From an uncultured delta proteobacterium (GTDB lineage: Bacteria > Myxococcota_A > Polyangia > Polyangiales > Polyangiaceae), in assembly GCA_963806225.1 (NCBI GenBank), contig CAWDXG010000004.1, positions 5,440,001 through 5,504,000 on the forward strand: a stretch of 64,000 bases of DNA. The letters are read 5' to 3'. A program made the position numbers and the translations under genes. The notes under the pieces were generated by a model. It saw nothing but the letters and a program-made list of their open reading frames with translations. It was not told the origin of the DNA and made no database searches. Positions 8,672-17,477 of this stretch are shown one piece after another (position 1 is the first letter of the stretch; each line of letters begins with the position of its first letter).

Positions 8672-9556
8672 TCAGATGGACCGCTTGTGCATGCGATGTA
8701 GTGCACTCTGCCGGTGCGCCGCGATCTCGGGCCAGTCCTGCCAGACCGGGTGCGAGTAGCGCGGCAGTGCGGGTAGCCGGCCGATGTCGACACCCTCACC
8801 CGGTGCGTGGAAGTCCGCTCCGCGCGAGGCCTTGAGGCCCGAGGCGCGGGCCAGGTCGGCGAACCTGCCGTATTCGGAAGGATGGTGGCTGCCGGTGATG
8901 ACCTCGAGGCCCTCGCCGCCGAGGGCGCGGAAGTCGTCGAGCAGGCGGCAGAGCTCGCGCGCGTTGAAAGCGTAGCGCCCCGGGTGCGCGATCACGGCGA
9001 TTCCGCCACTGTCGCGGATCCAGCTGACGGCGTTTCCCAGCGTGGTCCATTCGTGCTCGACGTAGCCGGGATGGCCGGGCACGAGGAAGCGTTCGAATGC
9101 GCCGTGCAGGTCGGGTGCATGGCCCTCCGACACCAGCCAGCGAGCGAAGTGCGTGCGCCCCACGATCTGCTTGTTGGCGGCAAGCTCGTAGGCGCCGGCA
9201 TAGGCTCCGGGAATGCCGGCTGCTGCGAGATCGGCGCCCATACGCCGCGCCCGTTCGGCGCGCCCGCTGCGGATGCCCTCGAGTCCCGACGAAAGGCCGG
9301 GATGTTCAGGATCGATCCGCAGACCCACGACGTGAACCGTCTGTCCGCCCCAGGTTGTCGAGATCTCGACGCCCGCTATCAGCGTCAGTCCGGCCGGGCC
9401 TGCTGCGGCGCGCGCAGCGGCAATCCCCGAGACATCGTCGTGGTCGGTCAGGGCGAGCGCGTGCACCCCGTTGGCGGCGGCGCGCGCCACCACATCGGCG
9501 GGCGAGAGCACCCCGTCCGACACGTTGGAGTGGCAATGTAGGTCGACGTTCAGCAT
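8672..9556 (-). CDS. PHP-domain phosphoesterase (YciV/TrpH-like, 3',5'-nucleoside bisphosphate phosphatase family)
   Basis: DLHCHSNVSDG, ALTDHD, GVEIS, VHVVG, GRTHFA, IAHPGRY, RGADFH metal-binding motifs. Confidence 0.92.
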   Translation of the reverse strand: MLNVDLHCHSNVSDGVLSPADVVARAAANGVHALALTDHDDVSGIAAARAAAGPAGLTLIAGVEISTTWGGQTVHVVGLRIDPEHPGLSSGLEGIRSGRAERARRMGADLAAAGIPGAYAGAYELAANKQIVGRTHFARWLVSEGHAPDLHGAFERFLVPGHPGYVEHEWTTLGNAVSWIRDSGGIAVIAHPGRYAFNARELCRLLDDFRALGGEGLEVITGSHHPSEYGRFADLARASGLKASRGADFHAPGEGVDIGRLPALPRYSHPVWQDWPEIAAHRQSALHRMHKRSI

Positions 9557-9631
9557 CGAGGGCCCGGCATCCGGACCCGAGCATAGCCCGACCGTCTTCC
9601 GGACGCCGGCCGCCCCCGCGATACGATCGCG

Positions 9632-11970
9632 CTACCGCCCGAGCGCCGCGGCGCGGTTCACGATGCGCGGCGTGAGGAAGATGACCAGCTCGCTGCGGGT
9701 GTCGCTAGAGCGGCGGCGCTGGAAGAGCAGGCCGATCAGGGGGATGTCGCCGAAGAACGGCACCTGATCGAGGTTCCGCCCCGTGTTGCGCGTGAAGATA
9801 CCGCCGATAACCGCGGTGTGCCCATCCATCACGAGCAGGTCCGTCTCCGCTTCGCGCTTCAGGATGGTGGGATCGCCGCGCGCCGAGGTCTGGTTGAAGT
9901 CCGGTTCGTCGCGGTTGATCTTGACGTGCATGCTGACGCTGCCGTCAGCCGTGACGTGCGGCTTGACCAGCAGCTGCAGCTTGGCTTCCTGGAAGGTCGT
10001 CTGCACGCCCTGTGCACTGATCTGCGAGAACGGAATCAAGGTGCCCTGCGCGATGCGCGCTTCGCGGTTGTCGAGCGTGAGGATGCGCGGGCTGGACAGG
10101 ATGCGCAGAAGGCCGCTCGACTCCGCCGCCGATAGGCGCACCGCCAGGTTCACGGTGCTGTCGACCGAACCGAAGGTGAGCCCCAGCGCGCCGCCCTGAC
10201 CGGTACCGACCGTCGCGGGCAGGTTCACCGCGAAGTTCGGGTTTGCCACCGTCTGGGTGAAGGGGCTCAGGCCCTGCGGTGGGCGTGTTGTTGTCGCTGG
10301 CGCCGCCGACCACGCCGACCGAGTTCGGGAAGGCGAGGCCCGTCGAGTTCGCGGTGGCCGCCGAGAAGGTCCCGTCGCCGCCCCACTGGATGCCGACGTC
10401 GCGCAGATAGCGGCTGGTAGCCTCGACGATGCGCGCTTCCACCAGCACCTGCGGCGTTTGCGTATCGAGCGAGCGCACCAGCTCCTCGATCTGGTTCGAG
10501 GTTGCCCGCCACGTCGCGGACGATCATCACGTTGGTCCGCTCGTCCACGGCGATGGAGCCGCGCGGCGACAAGAGTTCCTTGGCGCGCGCCTGGAGGTTC
10601 GACGCCTGCGCGTAGCTGACCGGGATGAGCCGCGTCTCGATGGGCGCAAGCTGCATCTCCTGCTTGCGCCGCGCGATGGCCATCTCGCGCTCTTTCTCGA
10701 GCTCGGCCAGCGGTGCCACGCGGATCATGTTGCCCTGGCGCACCATGCCGAGGTTCTTCGCCTGCAGCACCACGTCGAGCGCCTGGTCCCAGGGCACGTT
10801 GCGCATGCGGATGGTCACGCTGCCCTGCACGTTGTCGGCAGTGACGATGTTGACGCGTCCCACGTCGGCCAGCAGCCTGAGCACGTTGTGGACGTCGGCG
10901 TCCTTGAGGTCGAGATCGATGCGGCGGCCGGTGTAGCGCTGCTGCGCTAGCACTGTCGGCGCGAACGCGCTGGCCTGGTCAGGGCTTTCGGTCTGTTCGA
11001 CCGGCCCGTCGTAGCCGGAGTGGACCTCGGGGATGTTGTCGAAGCTCTGGTCGACGTGCACCGTGCGGGCACGACGTGCGATGCCGCCGTCGGCCGCGAC
11101 GCCCGTGACGCTGGAGGGGAGACTCCCGGGCTTGTAGAAGGACCAGACGAGCGTATTGCCCTGGCGCGTGATCCGGCTTTCGGCCTTCTGCGAGGCGCGG
11201 GCCTCGAGCACGACCTGATCGGTCTCGTGTCCCTTGTTGAAGCTGGACACGCTGTCGAGCACGCCGCCGAAGGCGCTCACGTCCAGAGTGCGCACCAGAG
11301 CCTTCGGCAGCTGGGTGTGCGTGAGCACGAGCCGCGCCTTGTTCGACTTCTCGTCAGTGCGCTTGAAGTGCGGGATGCTGGACAGCTCGACGAAAACCTT
11401 GTCTTCGAGCGAGGTGTGACCGAACCGCACGTTGACCACGCGAGCTGTCGTCCGGGTGGCGTTCGCCGCGTGGGGCTTGACCGGAAGCTTGCGGTCGAGC
11501 ACGCCGGTGGCCCCCGGCACCAGCGAGACCACGAGGTGGTTTCCGTGGACCGTGACCGAGTACTTCGCGTCGTGGAGCAGAGTGACCAGGATGCGGGTCG
11601 TGGAGCTGGTGGGCGTCTTGAACGCCTGTGCCATCACTCCGCCGACCACGCCCACGTGGTGGGTCAGCGCTCCCGGTGCGCCCCGGAGGTCGGCGTTCGG
11701 CACGTCGATGATGAGGCGCCGCCCAGCCCGCTCGAGCCGTGCGGTGAAGGTCGGTTTTCGCGTGAAGTCGACCACGAGCCGAGCCGAGCCATGCTGTCCA
11801 GTGGCGGTCAGTCCGATGTGGGTGGCGTGTCGGGCGGCGCCGGCCGCCGCTGCGGGGGGTGCGGTCGTCAGTGTGGCCGACAGCGCGAGCGCCGAGACGG
11901 CCGTGACGAGGCCGGCGCGCAGGCGCCGGCGGCCGCGATAGCGGGGTGCCGGGGGCGGGGTCCAGCTCAT
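9632..11970 (-). CDS. pilQ: Type IV pilus secretin PilQ (two apparent frameshifts, ~10497 and ~10273)
   Basis: Signal peptide, AMIN-like domains, YTGRRIDLDLKDAD...NVPWDQAL, QVLVEARIVE, VPFFGDIPLIGLLF, ELVIFLTPRI spread over three ORF-track frames. Confidence 0.95.
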
Positions 11971-12164
11971 GGTGTGAGGCTCCGATCGTCGATCTGGCCG
12001 ACAAGCGATGGCTTGTGCGTCGGTTCGACTTGAAAGCGTAGCCTGGTGCGATCGAAGCGAACAAATTCCGGGCTCCCATGCTGTCGCTTATGTAAGTGCC
12101 GTGCGCGACACTCGCGCGCATTGCGCCTCAGGCGCGCCCGGCGTGTCGCGTCGTGCGGGAGGCC

Positions 12165-12752
12165 CTACTGCTCGCCGGTCGTCTGCTCTTCGCCCTTGGG
12201 CCTGAGCGGGATGACGCGCGTCGCAGTCGGAACGTCGGGGTTGGACGGGTCTTCGCGCACCAGCACGATGTCCGTCGGGCGGATGCGGTCGACCCGCCAG
12301 TTGACCTGGTAGGTCGTGTCCTGGTTGGCGCTCTGTACGACCTCGGGCCGCCCGATGAACTGGCCGGGCTGGATCACGTAGCCCTTGCCGTTCGGGTCGA
12401 CCAGCATGGCCTTGGCCGGATGTACGCGGGTCACGATGCCGATCAGCTTGAGCTCGTCGAGCGAGTACTTGTCGAGCACGACCTTGCGCTGCGACTTCAC
12501 CTGGGTCTTGGCTTCCTGCGCGAAGACGTTGGCGTAGGAACGGAAGGGGTCCCGGCTCTGGTTCGACTCGGTGAACTCGGATTCCTGGAACGTGACCTTG
12601 GGGGGCGCGGCGTCCGTGCCGGCGTCGACCTGCGCGACCGGCTTGCGCTCTACCGTTCCGCCGTCGAAGTTGGACTGGACGACCTCTTCGCCACAGCCCG
12701 CGGCCACCAGCAGCGTCGCGGAAACCAGAAGTGCCGTGCCGATGCGGTTCAT
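12165..12752 (-). CDS. pilP: Type IV pilus lipoprotein PilP
   Basis: Lipobox VAAG-C, RDPFRS motif, LDELKLIGI..AMLVDPNGKGY; lies between pilO and pilQ. Confidence 0.9.
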   Translation of the reverse strand: MNRIGTALLVSATLLVAAGCGEEVVQSNFDGGTVERKPVAQVDAGTDAAPPKVTFQESEFTESNQSRDPFRSYANVFAQEAKTQVKSQRKVVLDKYSLDELKLIGIVTRVHPAKAMLVDPNGKGYVIQPGQFIGRPEVVQSANQDTTYQVNWRVDRIRPTDIVLVREDPSNPDVPTATRVIPLRPKGEEQTTGEQ

Positions 12753-13369
12753 TTCTTCGGCCCCTGTGCCGACCCGCGCTGCTTCTGCTTGTCCGTCGCA
12801 CCGGTGTCCGCGATGGCGTGGAAGGCCGTGGCGAGCACGTCCACCTTCACGACAACGTCGTCGCCCTCGATCTTCGGATCGGTGATCGAGATGTTCTCCA
12901 TGTTGATGATGCGGTCGAGCTGACCGACGCCGTAGAAGAACTTCGCAACCTGGTGGTAGCGCCCCGAGAGCTCCAGCTTCATCGGGACGCGCGCGTAGAA
13001 CTTCTCGGGGATCTCGTCCTGCGGGGTCCAGGCGCTCAAGGTGATGCCTGAGACGTTGGCTACGCTCTGGATCGCGCTCAAGAATGCCGGGTACTCCGTG
13101 GTCGCTGGCAGGATCTTGTTCAGCTCGCGCTGGCGCTGCTGCCTGTCAGCAAGCTCCGCCAGGTCCTTCTGGTAGGCGAACTCGGCCTTGCGCGCCTCGG
13201 CCAGGTCCGAGCGGAGCTGGCGCTCCTGGTTCTGCGCTGCCTTGATGCTGCTCGCGATGTCGCCGTAGAAGACGACGAAATACGCAACGGCGGCGAGCGC
13301 GAGGACGCCGACGACGATGCCGGCCTTCGCGAGCGGCGGTAGCTTGGAGAGGCTGGATTCGCGGGCCAT
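12749..13369 (-). CDS. pilO: Type IV pilus protein PilO
   Basis: N-terminal TM, coiled coil, ILP..., FYARVP..L.GRYHQVAKFF...LDRII. Confidence 0.92.
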   Translation of the reverse strand: MARESSLSKLPPLAKAGIVVGVLALAAVAYFVVFYGDIASSIKAAQNQERQLRSDLAEARKAEFAYQKDLAELADRQQRQRELNKILPATTEYPAFLSAIQSVANVSGITLSAWTPQDEIPEKFYARVPMKLELSGRYHQVAKFFYGVGQLDRIINMENISITDPKIEGDDVVVKVDVLATAFHAIADTGATDKQKQRGSAQGPKK

Positions 13370-13370
13370 C

Positions 13371-14010
13371 TCAGTACCTCACCTTCGCCTGGAGCTGGAA
13401 GTTGACCAGGTCGAGGCCCGACTCCGAGTCGTGCACCTGGCGCGCGGGCAGAAGCTTCACGTCGTAGAAGTAGCTCGACAGATTCATGCGCCGCGCCAGC
13501 TCGCTCACGTCCTCGCCGTCACGCGCCCTGCCCTCGAGCCGCACCTGGCGATGCTCCTCGACGAATCGGGAGAGCCACAGTCGTCGGGCGTCCCAGTTGG
13601 GGTTGTAGACGGCCAGGGGATTGTCGCGCTTGAGCTGCGCCAGCTTCTCGGGGCTGACCGACGGGCCGCGCCCCGGCGTGAGGATGCGCGCCATCTCGAG
13701 CATCATTGCCGTGGGGCCGGTGCGCGCGCTCTGCAGCTTGGAGATCGCGTCCTCGCGCGCCCTGAGCTGCGCGAGCTTCTGCTTGACCTCCGCCTGGTTC
13801 TTGACGGCTTTCCGCGCGTGGTCGATCTGAGCCTGGATCTCGTCGTTCTTGTGCTTCTGCGCCTGCGAGTTCCTGCCGCTTGAAGCCGTGGAACACGAAC
13901 AGGCCGACGATCTCGGCGAGCAGCAGGACCAGGAGCGCGACCAGCCACAGCTGGCTCCCCTCGGTCTGCTCGGCGCGCTTCTTCTGGGGAAGGAGATTGA
14001 TCCGGATCAC
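13371..14010 (-). CDS. pilN: Type IV pilus protein PilN (one apparent frameshift ~13865)
   Basis: GTG start overlapping pilM stop; MIRINLLP motif, TM, coiled coil continuing into the 13371..13706 frame (LWL...LEGRA). Confidence 0.9.
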
Positions 14011-15090
14011 GAGCGGCTCTCCTTCTCCTTGCGCAGCGCGAGCCCGAGCGCGACGGCCAACTGCGCCACGCGGGACTGGAGCAGATTCGGATCGACGTAC
14101 TTCGGGTCGGCGATCACGCGCTCGGTGGGTGCCCAGACCTCGACCGGAACGCGCGCTCTGCGCTCGATGGCCTGGCCCAAGCGAGCCGAGGTTCGCGGTA
14201 CCGCCGGTGACGAAGATCCGCGCGATCTCGCCCTCGCCGCTGGTTGCCATGAAGAAGTCCAGGCTGCGCTGGATCTCCGCCGCGATGGAGTCCGCGATGG
14301 CCTCGACCACCTGGAACACTTGTTCCGGAACCATGCCGGCGCCGGCGCGATAGGGGTCGTCCGGTGCGGCGGAGCCGCCGCACTTGTAGGCTTCGGCCTG
14401 CTCGAACGGCACGCCGAGCTGCTTCTGGATCTCCTCGGTGATGACGTTGCCGCCGTTCGCGATCTCGCGGGTGAACGCGCTGACGCCGCCTGCCACGATG
14501 TTCAGGGACGACAGACTGGCTCCGACGTTGATGAGTGCGATCGTCTGGTCGGCCGGCACGCCCCGCGAGAACTCGAAGAGGTTCTGAACCGTGAAGGCGT
14601 CGATGTCGCAAACGACGGGCTTCAGCTTCGCGTCGCGGGCCAGCTGGGCGTAGTCGTTGATCTGGTCGCGCTTGGCAGCAACCAGCAGAAGGTCCATCTG
14701 GCTGGCCTCCGGCCTGCGCCTGAGCACCTGGTAGTCGACCTGCACGTCCTTGATATCGAACGGGATGTGCTGCTCTGCTTCCCAGTGGATCTGCTCGTCG
14801 AGCTCCGCGGCGGTCATCATCGGCACCGTGATCTTGCGGATGATGACGCTCTGCCCGGAAACGCTCAGCGCGACTTCCTTCTGCTTGATCCCGGCCTCGC
14901 GAGTGACCCGCTGCAGCGTCTCGGTGACGGCGCTGGCGTCCATGACCTGGCCATCGACAATGGTCTGCGGGGGCAGCGCCGCGTACCCGAAGCGTTCCAG
15001 GGAGAAGCCCTTCCGGCTTTCCTTGACCTGACACACCTTGATCGAGCTGGTGCCGATATCGACGCCGACCAGGTTCCTACCTTCGCCCAT
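14007..15090 (-). CDS. pilM: Type IV pilus actin-like ATPase PilM (one apparent frameshift ~14177)
   Basis: VGVDIGTSSIK, EAEQHIPFDI, LLVAAK, INVGAS, EIQRSLDFF, VTGGTA; corrected end VALGLALRKEKESRS*. Confidence 0.95.
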
Positions 15091-15317
15091 GAGGCCTCTC
15101 GCGCAGCGCGGGCGGAAAATCCCGCCACGAAACTTTGGCATTCTGTTTCCGGGAACGCCAAGAAACGGGGAAGGCGGTTTGCCGGGGCGCGGCGCCCGCC
15201 GCCTCGGATATCGTTGACCCGTTGCGATGACTTGCTGGCTCCGGTCCGCAAGCCGGGGGCTGCTTGCCGGCTTTTTTGTTTCCACCGAGGCGCCTCTGGC
15301 GCTAACCCTCGTCCTTC

Positions 15318-16328
15318 ATGCGTTGCCTTGGAGCCCTGCTGGTTCTGGCGCTGTCGCTGCTGTCGCTTCCGGTGCTGGCTGCCGGCGGGCGCCACGCCGA
15401 CAAGCCGCACATCCATGTCGTCTACCGGGGCCAGACACTGGGCACGATCGCCAAGCGGTATCACGTCTCGATCCTGGCGCTGTGCCGGGCCAACGGTCTC
15501 AAGCGGTCTGCGCCGATCAAGCCCAAGCAGAAGCTCGTGATTCCGGGACCGGATGACCCGGACGGTTCCAGAGCCGGGGCGAAGCTGCAGCATCGCCATT
15601 CCGACGCACACGCCGGCCGCAGGGCTTCAATGTCCACCGCTGCCAAGCAGCGTTCCCGCTCGGGGCCGACTTCGTCGGCCTCCTCCCACCGCTACGCACG
15701 ACGGCCGCGCCGCCGCGGCTACCTCATCCTCCACAGCGGGGCGGGAGCCTGGCGCGGCTATGCGGTCCGGCATGGCAAGCTGACCCGATCGGCCGAGCAG
15801 CAGGTTTCCCGCGTGCTGTCATCCTGGCGGACCGGGAAGAAGAACACGATCAACCCGCGGCTGATCCAGATGCTCGCCCGGGTGAGCGACCATTTTGGTG
15901 GGCGACCGATCCGCGTCGTCAGCGGCTTCCGCCCGTATCGCCCCACTCAGTACACGCCTCACTCACGCCACAACCTGGGTCGGGCTGTCGATTTCAGCAT
16001 TCCCGGGGTGCCCAACGAAGTGCTTCGGGACTACTGCCGAACGCTGCCCAGGGTCGGATGCGGCTTCTACCCGAACTCGAGCTTCGTGCACATGGATGTG
16101 CGGCGTATCTCTGCCTACTGGATCGATCTGGCGGGGCCCGGCCAGCCGCCGCGCTACGCCTACGTGGGGGGATCGGAGACGACCGACGCCGACGAAGGAG
16201 CCGCCGACTCGCAGGCGGACGCCGTGTCCAGGACCCGGCACCATGTCGGTCACCGGAGCCCCCGTCGACACCAGCACGGGTCATCGGATACCCGCTCCAG
16301 ATCGCACGAGAAGCCGCACCGTCACTAG
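15318..16328 (+). CDS. Secreted LysM + peptidase M15 (DUF882/YcbK-like) protein
   Basis: Signal peptide, LysM (HVVYRGQTLGTIAKRY...), VVSGFRP..SRHNLGRAVDF, GFYPNSSFVHMDVR zinc-peptidase motifs; His/Arg-rich tail. Confidence 0.9.
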   Translation: MRCLGALLVLALSLLSLPVLAAGGRHADKPHIHVVYRGQTLGTIAKRYHVSILALCRANGLKRSAPIKPKQKLVIPGPDDPDGSRAGAKLQHRHSDAHAGRRASMSTAAKQRSRSGPTSSASSHRYARRPRRRGYLILHSGAGAWRGYAVRHGKLTRSAEQQVSRVLSSWRTGKKNTINPRLIQMLARVSDHFGGRPIRVVSGFRPYRPTQYTPHSRHNLGRAVDFSIPGVPNEVLRDYCRTLPRVGCGFYPNSSFVHMDVRRISAYWIDLAGPGQPPRYAYVGGSETTDADEGAADSQADAVSRTRHHVGHRSPRRHQHGSSDTRSRSHEKPHRH

Positions 16329-16523
16329 GTCTTCCCGGGGGCTGTTCTTCTCGCTGGTCCTCAGTGGGTTGAATCTGACCCGGACCTCCCCAGTGCGGGC
16401 TCCCCGCACGAACTCCTTGCACGGCGGGGGCAACTCGCGAGGATTGCAGGGCTCGGAGCCGTCCGGGCGTGCGCAGGCGGCCGTCCAGGGTGGGTATGTC
16501 GCGACCTGGCCCCTTCGCTCTGT

Positions 16524-16576
16524 CTAGAATTTGATAAGTAATTTCATGGTGTTATCGATCCGGAACGGCGCGTGCA
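16524..16576 (+). promoter_or_regulatory. Putative IHF site plus sigma54 -24/-12 promoter
   Basis: AT-rich patch containing TATCAA-ATTC-TAG on the minus strand (16524-16536; one mismatch to WATCAANNNNTTR), then CGGAACGGCGCGTGCA (16561-16576, GG-N10-GC) and an AGGAGG RBS before the sigma factor. Confidence 0.5.
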
Positions 16577-16604
16577 TTGACTGGGCGCAGGAGGAACGGA
16601 ACCC

Positions 16605-17399
16605 ATGGACAATCTCAGCTTTGCGCCCGCCAAGCTCCCCGACCCAGGCGCTTTCCCCAGCATTCCCCCCGCGCCGGTGCGGCCCGCGCGCCGGAAGGCC
16701 CGCCTTTCGGTGGTCCGGGGCGGCTCCATCGTTCCTGCTCCGCTCCGGCGCGCGCGGGCTCTCCATCCCGCTCGACAGCGGGCGGCTGTCCCGGCGGTTG
16801 TGGAGCAATCCAGAACCGACGAGGCCTACGCGGAGGCGCGCCGGCTGGTTCTGCTCTACGAGCCGCTGGTGCGGCAGATCGCGGGTGGCTTCCAGCGCAG
16901 GCTGCCGCGCAGCGTGCTCCGCGATGACCTCATCGCGGCCGGGATGAGCGGGCTGTGGGACGCCATCCTGAAGCACGGGGACCAGCACGACGAGGGTTTC
17001 GAGTGGTACGTCCGCGTGCGCATCCGTGGAGCGATCCTCGACGAGCTGCGTGCCCAGGACTGGCTCCCGCGCCGGGCGCGCGCGGCTTGCGGCGACGGCG
17101 CGACACTCTCCGTTGTGCGCATCGAGGACGTGAGCACGTTGGACCAGTCTCGTTGTCTGACGGCGGGCGAGAACACCAGCGCCGAAGCTGCTGTCGAGCA
17201 GAAGTTCGTGCGTGCGGCGCTCGAAACCGCCATCGGCAAACTGCCCGAGCGCGAGCGGCACATCGTTTCCAAGCACTACTTCGGGGGAGTGAAGTTCAAG
17301 GATCTCGGTGCCGAGCTCGGCGTGAGCGAGCCCCGCATCTCGCAGCTCCACTCGCGCGCCATGCAGCGACTTCGCGGCCTGATGGCGGAAGCGGCGTAG
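16605..17399 (+). CDS. RNA polymerase sigma factor, FliA/WhiG-like
   Basis: YEPLVRQIA..., DDLIAAGMSGLWDA, RIRGAILDELRAQDWLPR, region 4 LPERERHIV...LGVSEPRISQLHSRA; region 3 looks short. Confidence 0.9.
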   Translation: MDNLSFAPAKLPDPGAFPSIPPAPVRPARRKARLSVVRGGSIVPAPLRRARALHPARQRAAVPAVVEQSRTDEAYAEARRLVLLYEPLVRQIAGGFQRRLPRSVLRDDLIAAGMSGLWDAILKHGDQHDEGFEWYVRVRIRGAILDELRAQDWLPRRARAACGDGATLSVVRIEDVSTLDQSRCLTAGENTSAEAAVEQKFVRAALETAIGKLPERERHIVSKHYFGGVKFKDLGAELGVSEPRISQLHSRAMQRLRGLMAEAA

Positions 17400-17477
17400 C
17401 CCTCGATCGCCGTCGGCTCGGCACGTTGCGCGATCGGGGCAGCCGGCACGCTCCGTCCGGCTGGGAGGCACCCGCAA

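Noticed and set aside
9632..15090. Phase variation or pseudogenisation of the pil operon
   Set aside because: The indels are not in long homopolymers or tandem repeats, and the same +1 pattern affects unrelated genes, so sequencing error is more likely.
13519..15285. Apparent PilM-PilN fusion ORF
   Set aside because: Produced by the insertion at ~14177; the corrected pilM stops at 14007, overlapping the pilN GTG.
16393..16450. Hairpins upstream of the sigma factor as a possible riboswitch or ncRNA
   Set aside because: gtgcggg-ctc-cccgcac is a real inverted repeat, but I cannot match any riboswitch consensus; a covariance-model search would be needed.
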